Below, in pieces: positions 1-9,354 of a DNA stretch of 27,661 nt. The DNA is from Aquificaceae bacterium (lineage in GTDB: Bacteria > Aquificota > Aquificia > Aquificales > Aquificaceae): the NCBI GenBank assembly GCA_037924335.1, contig JAXSMZ010000020.1, positions 1 through 27,661 of the forward strand. Reading direction: 5' to 3'. The notes beneath the pieces are model-generated. The model searched no databases and was not told the origin of the DNA. It worked only from the letters and a program-made list of their open reading frames with translations. Made by a program: the position numbers and the translations under genes. Each line of letters starts with the position of its first letter. Positions within the stretch are counted from its first letter, which is position 1.

Positions 1-147
1 GAGAAAAGCAAGCTTCTTTTGATGCTACTTTGCATAGCAGATTAACATTGTAGTGTCAACTTCTATAAGTGTCAAGAGGTCTCTATATTTCTAAACTTCT
101 ATATACGTCAATAGATTTCTATACATTCAGTGATTAGTTTCTAATAC
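1..147 (-). mobile_element. End of a multicopy element (copy A), probably an IS left end (IS607-like); runs off the window
   Basis: 23-147 is the reverse complement of 27537-27661 with 5 mismatches in 125 nt, with a sharp inner boundary at 147. Repeated TTCTATA-like motifs at 61, 81, 97, 117 and 139. Promoter plus ATG (35-33) opens MQSSIKRSLLF... off the edge. Family assignment is inference. Confidence 0.6.
47..75 (-). promoter_or_regulatory. sigma70 promoter inside the element end, pointing out of the window
   Basis: TTGACA (75-70), 17-nt spacer, TACAAT (52-47). Confidence 0.75.
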
Positions 148-161
148 TTACGGTTTGCCTC

Positions 162-185
162 CTTTACATATAGTTCAGATAAAAC
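162..185 (-). CRISPR. Single degenerate CRISPR-repeat-like sequence (no array)
   Basis: Minus strand reads GTTTTATCTGAACTATATGTAAAG. From memory this resembles thermophile GTTTTATCTGAAC...AAAG repeats with about 5 internal nt missing. It is preceded by an AT-rich leader-like region with a dyad at 205-251. Confidence 0.35.
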
Positions 186-464
186 TAATCTACTAAGTCA
201 TAGGCTTTTCTTTGGGAAGCTCCAAGTTGATCTTAGCCCAAAGGGGAAAAGTCTTTGTGATACAGCTCTTTTAGATCTTCCTTGCCTATGCTTTTTAGTT
301 TTTCTACCATGATTTTTAATTATATGCTAGCCTGCTTCAAGGTGCGCAAAGTAATGCTTATGATAGAAGTGTCTTATGGATTTTCAAAGCCTTTAGCCCT
401 TCTATACTTCTTCAGAAGACAGAGATTGAATGAGGATGCTTATTTCTCACTTGGGTGCTTCTTG

Positions 465-491
465 TGGTATAATTTAAGGTTCCAAGGAGGT
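465..491 (+). promoter_or_regulatory. Extended -10 promoter and RBS of rplS
   Basis: TG-G-TATAAT at 465-473; AAGGAGGT at 484-491. Confidence 0.7.
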
Positions 492-496
492 AAGAT

Positions 497-868
497 ATGA
501 GCGACCTTATTCGTGAAGTGGAAAGAATGTATGAGGTCAAGAGGAGCTTTCCCAAGTTCAAGGTGGGTGATACTGTAAAGGTTTACTACAAGATCGTCGA
601 GGGGGACAAGGAAAGGGTACAACCCTTTGAAGGTGTTGTTATGAAGATAAAAGGGGGAGGAATAAACAAAAGCTTCACCGTTAGAAAGGAATCTTACGGT
701 GTAGGTATAGAGAGAATATTTCCCTACTCAAGCCCAAACATAGAGAAGATAGAACTGATCAAGCACGGTAAGGTGAGGAGAGCAAAGCTTTACTTCCTCA
801 GAAAGTACAAAGGTAAAGAGGCAGCGGGTAAAATAAGGGAGATAAAAGCTTGGGAAAAGAAAAAGTAA
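497..868 (+). CDS. rplS: 50S ribosomal protein L19
   Basis: FKVGDTVKV...[11 protein letters not shown]...GIERIFP...[12 protein letters not shown]. Confidence 0.98.
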   Translation: MSDLIREVERMYEVKRSFPKFKVGDTVKVYYKIVEGDKERVQPFEGVVMKIKGGGINKSFTVRKESYGVGIERIFPYSSPNIEKIELIKHGKVRRAKLYFLRKYKGKEAAGKIREIKAWEKKK

Positions 869-1443
869 GCTGGGAGTATGAACTCAGCTTTTGGAAGAGG
901 GGGCTTTTTGTTGCGGGTGTTGATGAGGCTGGAAGAGGTCCTCTGGCTGGTCCAGTGGTAGCTGCGGCGGTTATACTCCCACCATTTACGGAGGCTTTTA
1001 TAGACAGGGATTCTAAGAGAATGTCCAAAAGGGAAAGAGAGGAAGCTTATGAGCTGATAAAAGGGAAAGCACTCTCCATAGGGACTGCCGTAGTTGATAG
1101 TGTAGTCATAGACAGGATAAACATCCTAAACGCAACAAAGTTAGCTATGAAGAGAGCTATTGAAGACCTAAAACATTCCTTCCATGTGGTCATAACAGAT
1201 TACGTAAAGATAGATGGTTATAACTGCTTGCCCTTAGTAAAGGGGGATGAGAAAAGCATAAGCTGTGCCTGTGCTTCAGTAATAGCTAAGGTTCTGAGGG
1301 ACAGAATAATGGAACATTACCATAGAATATTCCCAGAGTACAACTTTATAAACCACAAGGGGTATCCAACAGCCCAACACAAGGAGAGTATAAAAAAGTA
1401 TGGGACTACGGTCATACACAGGATGAGTTTCAAAACTGACTGA
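850..1443 (+). CDS. rnhB: Ribonuclease HII
   Basis: [42 protein letters not shown] motifs. Confidence 0.97.
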   Translation: MGKEKVSWEYELSFWKRGLFVAGVDEAGRGPLAGPVVAAAVILPPFTEAFIDRDSKRMSKREREEAYELIKGKALSIGTAVVDSVVIDRINILNATKLAMKRAIEDLKHSFHVVITDYVKIDGYNCLPLVKGDEKSISCACASVIAKVLRDRIMEHYHRIFPEYNFINHKGYPTAQHKESIKKYGTTVIHRMSFKTD

Positions 1444-2303
1444 TGCATATACCAGTGTTGCTAGAAGAGTCCACTAACCTTCTTCTTGGAGAGGGGCATC
1501 TGTATGTAGATGCCACTGTAGGACTCGGTGGACATACCAAGAGGATACTGGAGAAAGACCCAAAAAGCTACGTTATAGGTATAGACAGGGACCCTTATGC
1601 CTTGGAGATAGCCAAGGAGAACTTAAAGGAGTTTGAAGGTAGGTTCTCCCTGTACCATGCTAACTTTGCAGACTTGGATGAGGTTTTAAAGCAGGAAAGA
1701 GTATCCTACGTTGATGGGTTTCTCTTTGACCTTGGTATTTCCATGCTCCAGCTCAAAAGCGCTAGAGGTTTTTCCTTTCAGAGGGATGAACCCTTAGACA
1801 TGAGGATGAATCCAGAAGACAAAAAGACGGCTTATGAAGTAGTAAACACATACTCTGAGAAAGAGCTGGAGAGAATTTTCAAGGAATACGGAGAGGAAAG
1901 AAATGCAAAAAAAATAGCTAGAGCCATAGCCCTTCACAGGAAGAGAAAACCTATAGAGACAACTGGGGAGCTTGTAAATCTGATCCTATCTTTGGTTTCC
2001 AAAAGGCATGGAAGAATACATCCAGCAACGAAGGTATTCCAAGCTATAAGGATAGAGGTGAACGAAGAGCTAAGGTTCCTTGAGATAGCCCTCGAAAAGA
2101 CCTTGACTTTCTTGAAAAAGGGCGGCAGGTTGGTGGTCATATCCTTCCACTCTCTGGAGGACAGGATAGTAAAGAACTTCTTCAGAAGAAATAAAGATGT
2201 GATAAGGCCCTTGACAAAGAGCCCCATAAGGCCTAGCATAGAAGAGGTAAGGGCAAATCCTGCAAGCAGAAGTGCCAAACTAAGAGCTGGAGAAAGAGTA
2301 TGA
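1443..2303 (+). CDS. rsmH: 16S rRNA m4C1402 methyltransferase
   Basis: [58 protein letters not shown]. Confidence 0.98.
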   Translation: MHIPVLLEESTNLLLGEGHLYVDATVGLGGHTKRILEKDPKSYVIGIDRDPYALEIAKENLKEFEGRFSLYHANFADLDEVLKQERVSYVDGFLFDLGISMLQLKSARGFSFQRDEPLDMRMNPEDKKTAYEVVNTYSEKELERIFKEYGEERNAKKIARAIALHRKRKPIETTGELVNLILSLVSKRHGRIHPATKVFQAIRIEVNEELRFLEIALEKTLTFLKKGGRLVVISFHSLEDRIVKNFFRRNKDVIRPLTKSPIRPSIEEVRANPASRSAKLRAGERV

Positions 2304-2545
2304 GGTACTTTCTTATCTCTGTTTTGTTGTTGGTCATAAACCTAATGTACGCATCCTATGCCATCAAAGTTTCCAAGGAGTACACAAAGAAGCTTTCAGA
2401 GCTAAGGCTTCAAAAAGAGAGGGAGCTTAAGGCCAATGCCGAGATAGAAGAAAGGATAAACTACTCTGTGGCAAAAGAGTATGCAAGAAGGAATGGCTTT
2501 GTACCAATAGATTGGAGGAGGGTAAGAATTGTAGAAGGCGACTGA
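2300..2545 (+). CDS. Small membrane-anchored coiled-coil protein, FtsL-like
   Basis: N-terminal TM helix, coiled coil, C-terminal '[10 protein letters not shown]'; directly after rsmH (canonical rsmH-ftsL synteny); ATGA overlap. Confidence 0.6.
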   Translation: MRYFLISVLLLVINLMYASYAIKVSKEYTKKLSELRLQKERELKANAEIEERINYSVAKEYARRNGFVPIDWRRVRIVEGD

Positions 2546-3727
2546 CTAGTAAGGGACTATCCTGTAAAACCTCTTCTTTCCTACCTGAAGCTTTAACTCT
2601 TTGTCTACTTCTATCTCCTCGTTCTCATCCTCTATCCTTCTGAAGTTTACCCTGAGACCTCCACCTTGGACTACCCTTCTTGCCGAATTCTTTGAACTTT
2701 CTATACCAAGCTCGTAGAGAAGCTCGTAAGCTCTCTTTCTGATTCCCCTTTGAACCTTTATGACCGGTACATCCTCAGGAAACTCCTTTTTGGAGAATGT
2801 TTTCTCAAAAAACTCAAGAGCCATGTCCGCCTCATCCTTGGAATGATACCGAGAGACTATATAGTGTGCGAGTTTTTTCTTTGCCTCCATAGGATGGTAG
2901 CTTCTCTTCATATCCTCTATCTCCCCTTGGGTGTAATCTGTCAGAAGGAGATAATACTCCCACATGAGGTCATCGGAAATGGACATTAGCTTTCCAAACA
3001 TCTCCTTCGGCTCTTCCGTTATGCCCACATAGTTTCCATAAGACTTGGACATCTTTCTTACACCGTCAAGCCCCACAAGTAAGGGAAGAGTTATACAAAC
3101 TTGAGCCTCTTGTCCAAAAGACCTTTGAAGGTCTCTTCCTACAAGAAGGTTGAACTTTTGGTCTGTTCCACCAAGCTCCACATCAGCCTTTAGAAAAACA
3201 GAATCATAACCTTGAAGAAGAGGGTACAAAAACTCATGTATGTATATAGGTACACCCTCCTTGAACCTTTTGGAAAAATCTTCCCTTTCAAGCATCCTTG
3301 CAACTGTGTACTTACCTGCCAGCTTTATGATCCCATCTGTCCCTAACTCAGAAAGCCATGTAGAGTTGAATACTATGTTAGTTCTCTCGGGGTCAAGTAT
3401 TTTAAAAACCTGATGCTCATAAGTTTTTGCGTTCTCAAGCACCTCCTCCCTTGTCAGAGGTGGTCTTGTTTCCGTCCTACCAGTTGGGTCACCTATCATA
3501 GCAGTAAAATCACCTATAACAAAATAAACCTCGTGCCCTAACTGTTGAAAGGTTCTCATCTTTTGGAGGAGGACAGTATGACCGAGATGTAAGTCTGGAG
3601 CCGTTGGGTCAAAACCAGCTTTTACTTTCAAACTCCTACCTTCCATTAACTTCTTTAAAAGCTCCTCTTCCTCTGTGACCTCTGCAGTACCTTTCTTTAT
3701 GAGCTTTAGCTGTTCTTCGGGCGTCAT
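2546..3727 (-). CDS. tyrS: Tyrosine--tRNA ligase
   Basis: [27 protein letters not shown]-terminal S4-like domain; ATG at 3727 preferred. Confidence 0.98.
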   Translation of the reverse strand: MTPEEQLKLIKKGTAEVTEEEELLKKLMEGRSLKVKAGFDPTAPDLHLGHTVLLQKMRTFQQLGHEVYFVIGDFTAMIGDPTGRTETRPPLTREEVLENAKTYEHQVFKILDPERTNIVFNSTWLSELGTDGIIKLAGKYTVARMLEREDFSKRFKEGVPIYIHEFLYPLLQGYDSVFLKADVELGGTDQKFNLLVGRDLQRSFGQEAQVCITLPLLVGLDGVRKMSKSYGNYVGITEEPKEMFGKLMSISDDLMWEYYLLLTDYTQGEIEDMKRSYHPMEAKKKLAHYIVSRYHSKDEADMALEFFEKTFSKKEFPEDVPVIKVQRGIRKRAYELLYELGIESSKNSARRVVQGGGLRVNFRRIEDENEEIEVDKELKLQVGKKRFYRIVPY

Positions 3728-3749
3728 GTTCAATATTTTAACAACGAAA

Positions 3750-5390
3750 TTAAGTCTGTCTGAACTTTATAAAGCCGAAAAGTACAAGCAGAACTGTGAA
3801 AATAGCAAGCGAGTATACAAGATATTCTTTTACCACATGAGGAGATATGGCAAGGACCACAAGGGATGAGGATAGCATAAAACCAAGCGTCATTACGCTC
3901 ATGGAAAGCCTGTTTATATCTCTTCTCAGGTCTTTCATAAACTTCTCCTCACCCCTGTAATCTATAGAAACGTTAAACTCTCCCCTTTCAAGCTCATTGA
4001 GAAACTTTTTTGTCCTACCAACACCTTGAAGAAGCATCTTTGTGGTCATAAGTAAGTTCTTAGTTACCTCATCCTTTGACAGCATGGGAAGAAAAACCTG
4101 TCTAAACCCTTTACTAACGTATGGTTTCATCTCCTCAATTAACCTAAACTCTGGGTCAAGGTTTAGAGCTGTACCCTCGGCGAGCGCAAAGGTCTTTAGG
4201 AGGAGGAATAGGTCAGAGGGTATCCTCATGCCATACCAATATGAGAGCCTAAAGGTATCATGCACTACCTTTGAGAGTTTAACTTCCTTCAAAGGTTGCA
4301 TAAAGTAATAAGAGAAGAGTATCTCTAACTCCCTCTTTAAGAATTTCTCCCTCTTTGTCTTCATGGATATTCCAAGATCATAAAGGGCATCCATCACAAG
4401 GTCAAGGTCATTCTTTATGATGCCATACATAAGTTGAAAAAGGTTTATCCTTGTCATACTATCAATAGCTCCCACCATACCATAGTCTAAAAGTCCTATC
4501 CTCCCATCATTCATGACTAAAAAGTTGCCAGGGTGTGGGTCTGCGTGGAAAAATCCATCCCTGAATATCATCTTTAGGTATATACCAGCCCCTTTTCTTG
4601 CAATATTCCCAAGGTTAAAACCCCTTCTCTCAAGCATATCCTTATCGCTTATCTTTATACCTTCTATCTCCTCAAGGCAAAGCACTCTCTTAGTTGTAAG
4701 CTTCCAATAAACCTTTGGTATATAGACCTCCGTATCCTTTGAGAAGTTTTTTCTGAAGGTATCACAGTTCCTTCCTTCTCTTGTGTAATCAAGCTCGTTC
4801 CTTATCGTGTAAGAGAACTCCTCAAAGATGGACTGAACATCCCATTTCCGTCCAAGCTCCGTTTTCATTGCGTTCTGGACTAGCTCCTCAAGAATTGCTA
4901 AGTCCTCCTCTACCTGTTTTTCCACATAAGGCTTTTGAACCTTTAGTACTACACTCTCACCAGACCTTAGCCTTGCCCTATGAACCTGACCTATTGATGC
5001 TGATGCCAGAGGCTCATCCTCAAAATAATCAAAGAGGTCTTTGTACGACTTTTTAAACTCTTCTTCTATAACCTTTTTTATACTTTCAGAATCAACGGGT
5101 GGAACTCTATCCTGAAGCTTTGAAAGCTCCTGTATGTAACTATCCGGCAAAAGGTCTGGCCTTACGCTGAGTATCTGTCCCAACTTTATAAAGGTGACCC
5201 CAAGCTCCTCAAAAGCCAACCTTAGATGCTCCTCTGGTGTGTATCTCTCTTTCCTTCTTCTATGTCCCAATATCCCCCAGTGGAAAGGGACAAGATGCCC
5301 AAGGCCGAGTTTAAAGAGTAATAGTCCAAAGCCATGCCTTGTAAGCACTCTAGCTATGTGTACCTTCCTCCCTATATGGTCTATGAACAT
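3750..5390 (-). CDS. ABC1/UbiB/AarF-family atypical kinase
   Basis: [43 protein letters not shown]; two C-terminal TM helices. Confidence 0.93.
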   Translation of the reverse strand: MFIDHIGRKVHIARVLTRHGFGLLLFKLGLGHLVPFHWGILGHRRRKERYTPEEHLRLAFEELGVTFIKLGQILSVRPDLLPDSYIQELSKLQDRVPPVDSESIKKVIEEEFKKSYKDLFDYFEDEPLASASIGQVHRARLRSGESVVLKVQKPYVEKQVEEDLAILEELVQNAMKTELGRKWDVQSIFEEFSYTIRNELDYTREGRNCDTFRKNFSKDTEVYIPKVYWKLTTKRVLCLEEIEGIKISDKDMLERRGFNLGNIARKGAGIYLKMIFRDGFFHADPHPGNFLVMNDGRIGLLDYGMVGAIDSMTRINLFQLMYGIIKNDLDLVMDALYDLGISMKTKREKFLKRELEILFSYYFMQPLKEVKLSKVVHDTFRLSYWYGMRIPSDLFLLLKTFALAEGTALNLDPEFRLIEEMKPYVSKGFRQVFLPMLSKDEVTKNLLMTTKMLLQGVGRTKKFLNELERGEFNVSIDYRGEEKFMKDLRRDINRLSMSVMTLGFMLSSSLVVLAISPHVVKEYLVYSLAIFTVLLVLFGFIKFRQT

Positions 5391-5391
5391 C

Positions 5392-6348
5392 CTACCTCCC
5401 GGAAAGCCTCTCGCATAATCTCAAAGCGTGAAGGGACGAAGATACATCTGCCATCCCCTTCCATGCTATGTCATAAGCTGTTCCATGGTCTGGCGATGTT
5501 CTAACAAATGGTATACCGAGCGTTAAATTCACACCTTCTTTAAAAGCATAGAGTTTAAAGGGTATTAGCCCCTGGTCATGGTACATACAGAGAAAGAGGT
5601 CAAACCTTTCTGGATTCAAAAAGGCGGCATCTGGAGAGAGAGGACCATCCACCCTTAAACCTTCTCTTTTGAACTCTTCAATTGCAGGAAGTATCTCCTC
5701 CATATCCTCCTTTCCTATCTCTCCCATCTCCCCAGCATGGGGGTTTAGACCACAGACTCCCAAAGAAGGTTCGTATCCAAAGAGCCTTTTGAACTCCTTT
5801 GTTATAAACGTTATCTTTTTCTTGACTTCTTCTCTCCTGACTTTTTCTATAGCTTCCTTAAGAGGAAGGTGCGTTGAAAGCAAAGCAACCTTTATCCTCT
5901 CCGAATACATAAGCATAGCATAATCCTTTACATTACAAGCTTGTGCGAGAAACTCCGTCTGACCACTGTAAGAGAATCCAGCAAGCCTTGCCCAAAACTT
6001 GTTAATGGGCATTGTCAAAAGCCCATCTATATTTCCAACTACAGCATCGACTACAGCCCTTCCAAGGTATGCAACAGCAACCTTGCCAGATGTTATGGAT
6101 GGTGTTGGTACTTCTACCTCAGATATATCAAGGTCTGCTATATAAACACCGGGAGACTTTACTTCATCCGCATCGTGTATCTCTATCAAATCTATGTTCC
6201 TACCTAAAAGCCTCTGTGCAGCTTCTATGGTTTTCCTTTCTCCGTATATTATGTAGGACCCATCAGGGCTCAAGTGTTCGTAAAGTTTGACTATGAGCTC
6301 AGGTCCAACGCCAGCTGGGTCTCCAATGGTTATACCTATCTTAGGCAT
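5392..6348 (-). CDS. pdxA: 4-hydroxythreonine-4-phosphate dehydrogenase
   Basis: ITIGDPAGVGPE, GLNPHAGE, MYHDQGLIP, RTSPDHGTAYDIA; ATG at 6348. Confidence 0.96.
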   Translation of the reverse strand: MPKIGITIGDPAGVGPELIVKLYEHLSPDGSYIIYGERKTIEAAQRLLGRNIDLIEIHDADEVKSPGVYIADLDISEVEVPTPSITSGKVAVAYLGRAVVDAVVGNIDGLLTMPINKFWARLAGFSYSGQTEFLAQACNVKDYAMLMYSERIKVALLSTHLPLKEAIEKVRREEVKKKITFITKEFKRLFGYEPSLGVCGLNPHAGEMGEIGKEDMEEILPAIEEFKREGLRVDGPLSPDAAFLNPERFDLFLCMYHDQGLIPFKLYAFKEGVNLTLGIPFVRTSPDHGTAYDIAWKGMADVSSSLHALRLCERLSGR

Positions 6349-6393
6349 TGATATTAAATTAATCAGATTGCTTGTCAAAGACAAGCAAGACAA

Positions 6394-6678
6394 GGAAGCT
6401 ATATGTGATAAAGCATACAGGGACTATCTAATGGAGGATGTTTTAAGGGAAGAGGAGATAATACTTTCACCTTTGGTATGAGGGTGAGTGGCTTGAATAT
6501 GCTAAGAGGTTATACAGGAGGCTTGCGGAGAGTGTGTTTAGTGTCCTTAAAAGATTTATCTGTATGAGACCTTAGTCTGTTAGCCTTCGTGGGCTTCTTA
6601 TAAAAATCTATACTGCTGTGGTTTCCTACAATCTATATAGAATTTGGAAAATGAACCTGATATAACTTGCAACTGCGT
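6394..6678 (+). pseudogene. IS982-family transposase 3' relic with right terminal inverted repeat
   Basis: CDKAY (6404-6418, DKGY-like), a frameshift, then YRRLAESVFSVLK (6513-6551), internal TAG 6573-6575 and end TAA 6663-6665. 6663-6678 reverse-complements to ACGCAGTTGCAAGTTA, similar to IS982-type IRs. Confidence 0.7.
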
Positions 6679-6861
6679 TATAGTAGTATAATTTTGACTG
6701 GAGTTACAATAAATGCTACCAGGTATGCGAAAAGAACTTTTAAAGACCCATGGGAATAAGCTGGCTTTCCCAAATACCGCCTGCTGGGGCTGGGAAGGTC
6801 TGAATGGCGGACAACAAATACCCCAGCTGCCCAGACTGGAAGTTTGGGTAAAAGGTCTGTC

Positions 6862-7434
6862 ATGCCTAAGGTAGCTCTATTGCTTGCTGATGGCTTTGAA
6901 GAGGTTGAAGCTGTGGCTGTCGTTGATATTTTAAGGAGAGCTGGTGTGGATTTGGTCTTGGTGGGGCTTTCTAAAGAGCCTGTCTCAAGTGCAAGAAACG
7001 TGAGGATTATACCGGATGTGTCCATAGAGGAGATAAAACCTGAAGAGCTGGATATGGTCGTGCTGCCAGGAGGTTTGGGTGGTGTAGAAAAGCTAAGGTC
7101 AGACAGGAGGGTCTACGAGCTCCTGAAGGCTCTGAGAGAAAAAGGGAGATACATATCGGCCATATGTGCTGCTCCAACAGCTTTGGCGTCCTTTGGCCTG
7201 CTTGAGGGCAAAAGGTCTACTGTCTATCCTGAGCTAAAAGAACAAATAAAGCCAGCCCTTTTTGTGAATGAGAAGGTAGTTGAAGACAGTAGGATAATAA
7301 CAAGCCAGGGGCCTGGAACTGCCTTTGCCTTTGGTTTAAGGCTTGTGGAAAGGCTCCTTGGAAAGGATAAAGCCAAAGAGGTAGCTAAGAAAATGCTCAT
7401 AGATTGGAATGATACAAGTGAGAGTAAAGCCTAA
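6862..7434 (+). CDS. yajL: DJ-1/PfpI family protein (YajL/ThiJ-like)
   Basis: LADGFEEVEA, DILRRAG, VLPGG, AICAAP nucleophile, TSQGPGTA; ATG at 6862. Confidence 0.9.
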   Translation: MPKVALLLADGFEEVEAVAVVDILRRAGVDLVLVGLSKEPVSSARNVRIIPDVSIEEIKPEELDMVVLPGGLGGVEKLRSDRRVYELLKALREKGRYISAICAAPTALASFGLLEGKRSTVYPELKEQIKPALFVNEKVVEDSRIITSQGPGTAFAFGLRLVERLLGKDKAKEVAKKMLIDWNDTSESKA

Positions 7435-8584
7435 TGTTGAGGAAAAACTGAGGGGTTTCTTCCCTTGGGTTTATAGGCCAGAGATACTATCATACACAAA
7501 GGGACCAAATCCGGGTGACGTGGTCGTTGTCAGAGACGCTGGAGGTCACTTTTTAGGCTACGGGTACGTAAACCCAAAGACAAACATAAACGTAAGGATG
7601 CTATCTTACAGGAAAGGGGAGAAGGTAAGCGAAAAATTGATAAGAGAGAGGATAGAGCAAGCTTACCTTTACAGAAAAAGCCTTTCTCTTAACACCAACG
7701 CCTTTAGACTTGTCCATTCGGAAGGGGATATGCTTCCTGGGCTTGTGGTGGACGTATACGGTGAGTATGCAGTGATTGAGTTTACTACTTACGGTATGAA
7801 CCTTATGAGGGATTGGGTTATAAATGCTCTCATAGATGTTCTAAAACCAAAAGGAATGTACGAAAGGGCTAACGATTACGCACAGAGTGTCGAAGGTTTT
7901 AAAACTTCCGAGGGAGTTCTTTACGGATACGTTCCCGATGAGGTAGTCATATACGAGGACGATGCAAAGTACTATGTGAACATACCCCAAGGGCAGAAAA
8001 CGGGCTTTTTCTTAGACCAAAGAGTGGCAAGAAGGCTAATAAGGGGCTTAACAAAGCCCAGCTTTAGATGTCTTGACCTGTTTTGTCATTCTGGCGGCTT
8101 TGCCATTAACATGAAGAAGGCCGGAGCAAAAGAGGTAATAGCCGTTGATGTTTCAGCGTTAGCCTTAGAGCTTGGAAAGAAGAACGAAAGGCTCAACGGC
8201 CTTTCTGGTATAACATGGATAGAGGATAACGCCTTCGATTTTATGAAAAGGATGTTTCAGGAAAAGCAGAAGTTTAACCTGATCGTTATAGACCCACCCT
8301 CCTTTGCTAAAAACAGAGCCAGTGTCCCCAACGCACTTAGAGGCTACAAAGAGCTATGCGTGAGGGCCTTGCACCTTATAGAAGCATCAGGATACATAGC
8401 ACTCTTCTCTTGCTCTTTTCACATAACAGAAGAGCACCTGCTTGATATTCTTTGGGATTCTGCAAAAGATGTAAGAAGGTACTTAAGAGTTGTAAACAGA
8501 AGCTTTCAAGACTTGGACCATCCTTGGCTTATACAGATACCAAACACTCTCTACCTTAAGGGAGTGTATGTGGAGGTGTTTTGA
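7409..8584 (+). CDS. RlmI-like class I SAM rRNA methyltransferase with PUA domain
   Basis: PWVY, RLVHSEGDMLPGLVVD, GQKTGFFLDQR, LDLFCHSGGF, DPPSF, FSCS. Confidence 0.9.
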   Translation: MIQVRVKPNVEEKLRGFFPWVYRPEILSYTKGPNPGDVVVVRDAGGHFLGYGYVNPKTNINVRMLSYRKGEKVSEKLIRERIEQAYLYRKSLSLNTNAFRLVHSEGDMLPGLVVDVYGEYAVIEFTTYGMNLMRDWVINALIDVLKPKGMYERANDYAQSVEGFKTSEGVLYGYVPDEVVIYEDDAKYYVNIPQGQKTGFFLDQRVARRLIRGLTKPSFRCLDLFCHSGGFAINMKKAGAKEVIAVDVSALALELGKKNERLNGLSGITWIEDNAFDFMKRMFQEKQKFNLIVIDPPSFAKNRASVPNALRGYKELCVRALHLIEASGYIALFSCSFHITEEHLLDILWDSAKDVRRYLRVVNRSFQDLDHPWLIQIPNTLYLKGVYVEVF

Positions 8585-9354
8585 TGGACATATACCAGGC
8601 TGTAGTTCTTGGCATAGTAGAGGGTCTCACCGAGTTTCTGCCAGTATCTTCAACGGGTCATCTCATACTTGCAACCCATCTTATGGGAATAGCCCAGAAT
8701 AGCTTTACAAAAAGCTTTGAGATATCCATACAGCTTGGTTCCATATCAGCTGTTTTTTTTCTATACCTTAATAGGCTTTTGAGAGACTGGGAGGTGTGGA
8801 AGAGGATATGGATGGCCTTTTTACCAACAGGGTTTTTGGGATTTTTCTTTTATAGGTTCATAAAGGCGTATCTTATAGGAAACGATAAGGTAGTTGTGGC
8901 ATCTTTAGTAATTGGTGGTGTATTTTTGCTTTTTGCAGATAGATTCTGCCAGAGATTTTGCTATATAGGTGATGTAAAGGACATTAGCCTTAAGAGAACA
9001 TTCTTTATAGGGCTCTTTCAGTCCCTCGCCATGATACCTGGCGTTTCCAGGTCTGCATCCACCATAATAGGTGGTATGCTCTTGGGCCTTCACAGAAGGT
9101 CATCAGCCGAATTTTCCTTTATGCTTGCAATTCCTACAATGCTCATAGCGACAGCCTATGACCTGTATAGATCTCATCAATCTTACACAGGCAACGACTG
9201 GTATACGCTCAGCATAGGTTTTTTGGCAGCTTTTGTTAGTGCTACTATCACCGTGAAAGCTTTTTTGGGCTTTATATCAAAACACTCATTCCTTCCCTTT
9301 GGAGCTTACAGAATAGTGGTAGGCTTTGTTTACGCTTTCTTCTTCATCTTTTGA
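8584..9354 (+). CDS. uppP: Undecaprenyl-diphosphate phosphatase
   Basis: GIVEGLTEFLPVSSTGH, PGVSRS.STI, AEFSF.LAIP; multi-TM. Confidence 0.97.
   Translation: MDIYQAVVLGIVEGLTEFLPVSSTGHLILATHLMGIAQNSFTKSFEISIQLGSISAVFFLYLNRLLRDWEVWKRIWMAFLPTGFLGFFFYRFIKAYLIGNDKVVVASLVIGGVFLLFADRFCQRFCYIGDVKDISLKRTFFIGLFQSLAMIPGVSRSASTIIGGMLLGLHRRSSAEFSFMLAIPTMLIATAYDLYRSHQSYTGNDWYTLSIGFLAAFVSATITVKAFLGFISKHSFLPFGAYRIVVGFVYAFFFIF

Noticed and set aside
137..185. Bona fide CRISPR array
   Set aside because: There is no repeat-spacer periodicity and no cas gene; only a single degenerate repeat-like sequence.
282..500. 72-aa ORF upstream of rplS
   Set aside because: TTG start with no RBS, low-information F/L-rich sequence, and it runs through the rplS promoter.
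6667..6692. Hybrid promoter from the IS982 IR (TTGCAA) and TATAAT
   Set aside because: The spacer is only 14 nt.
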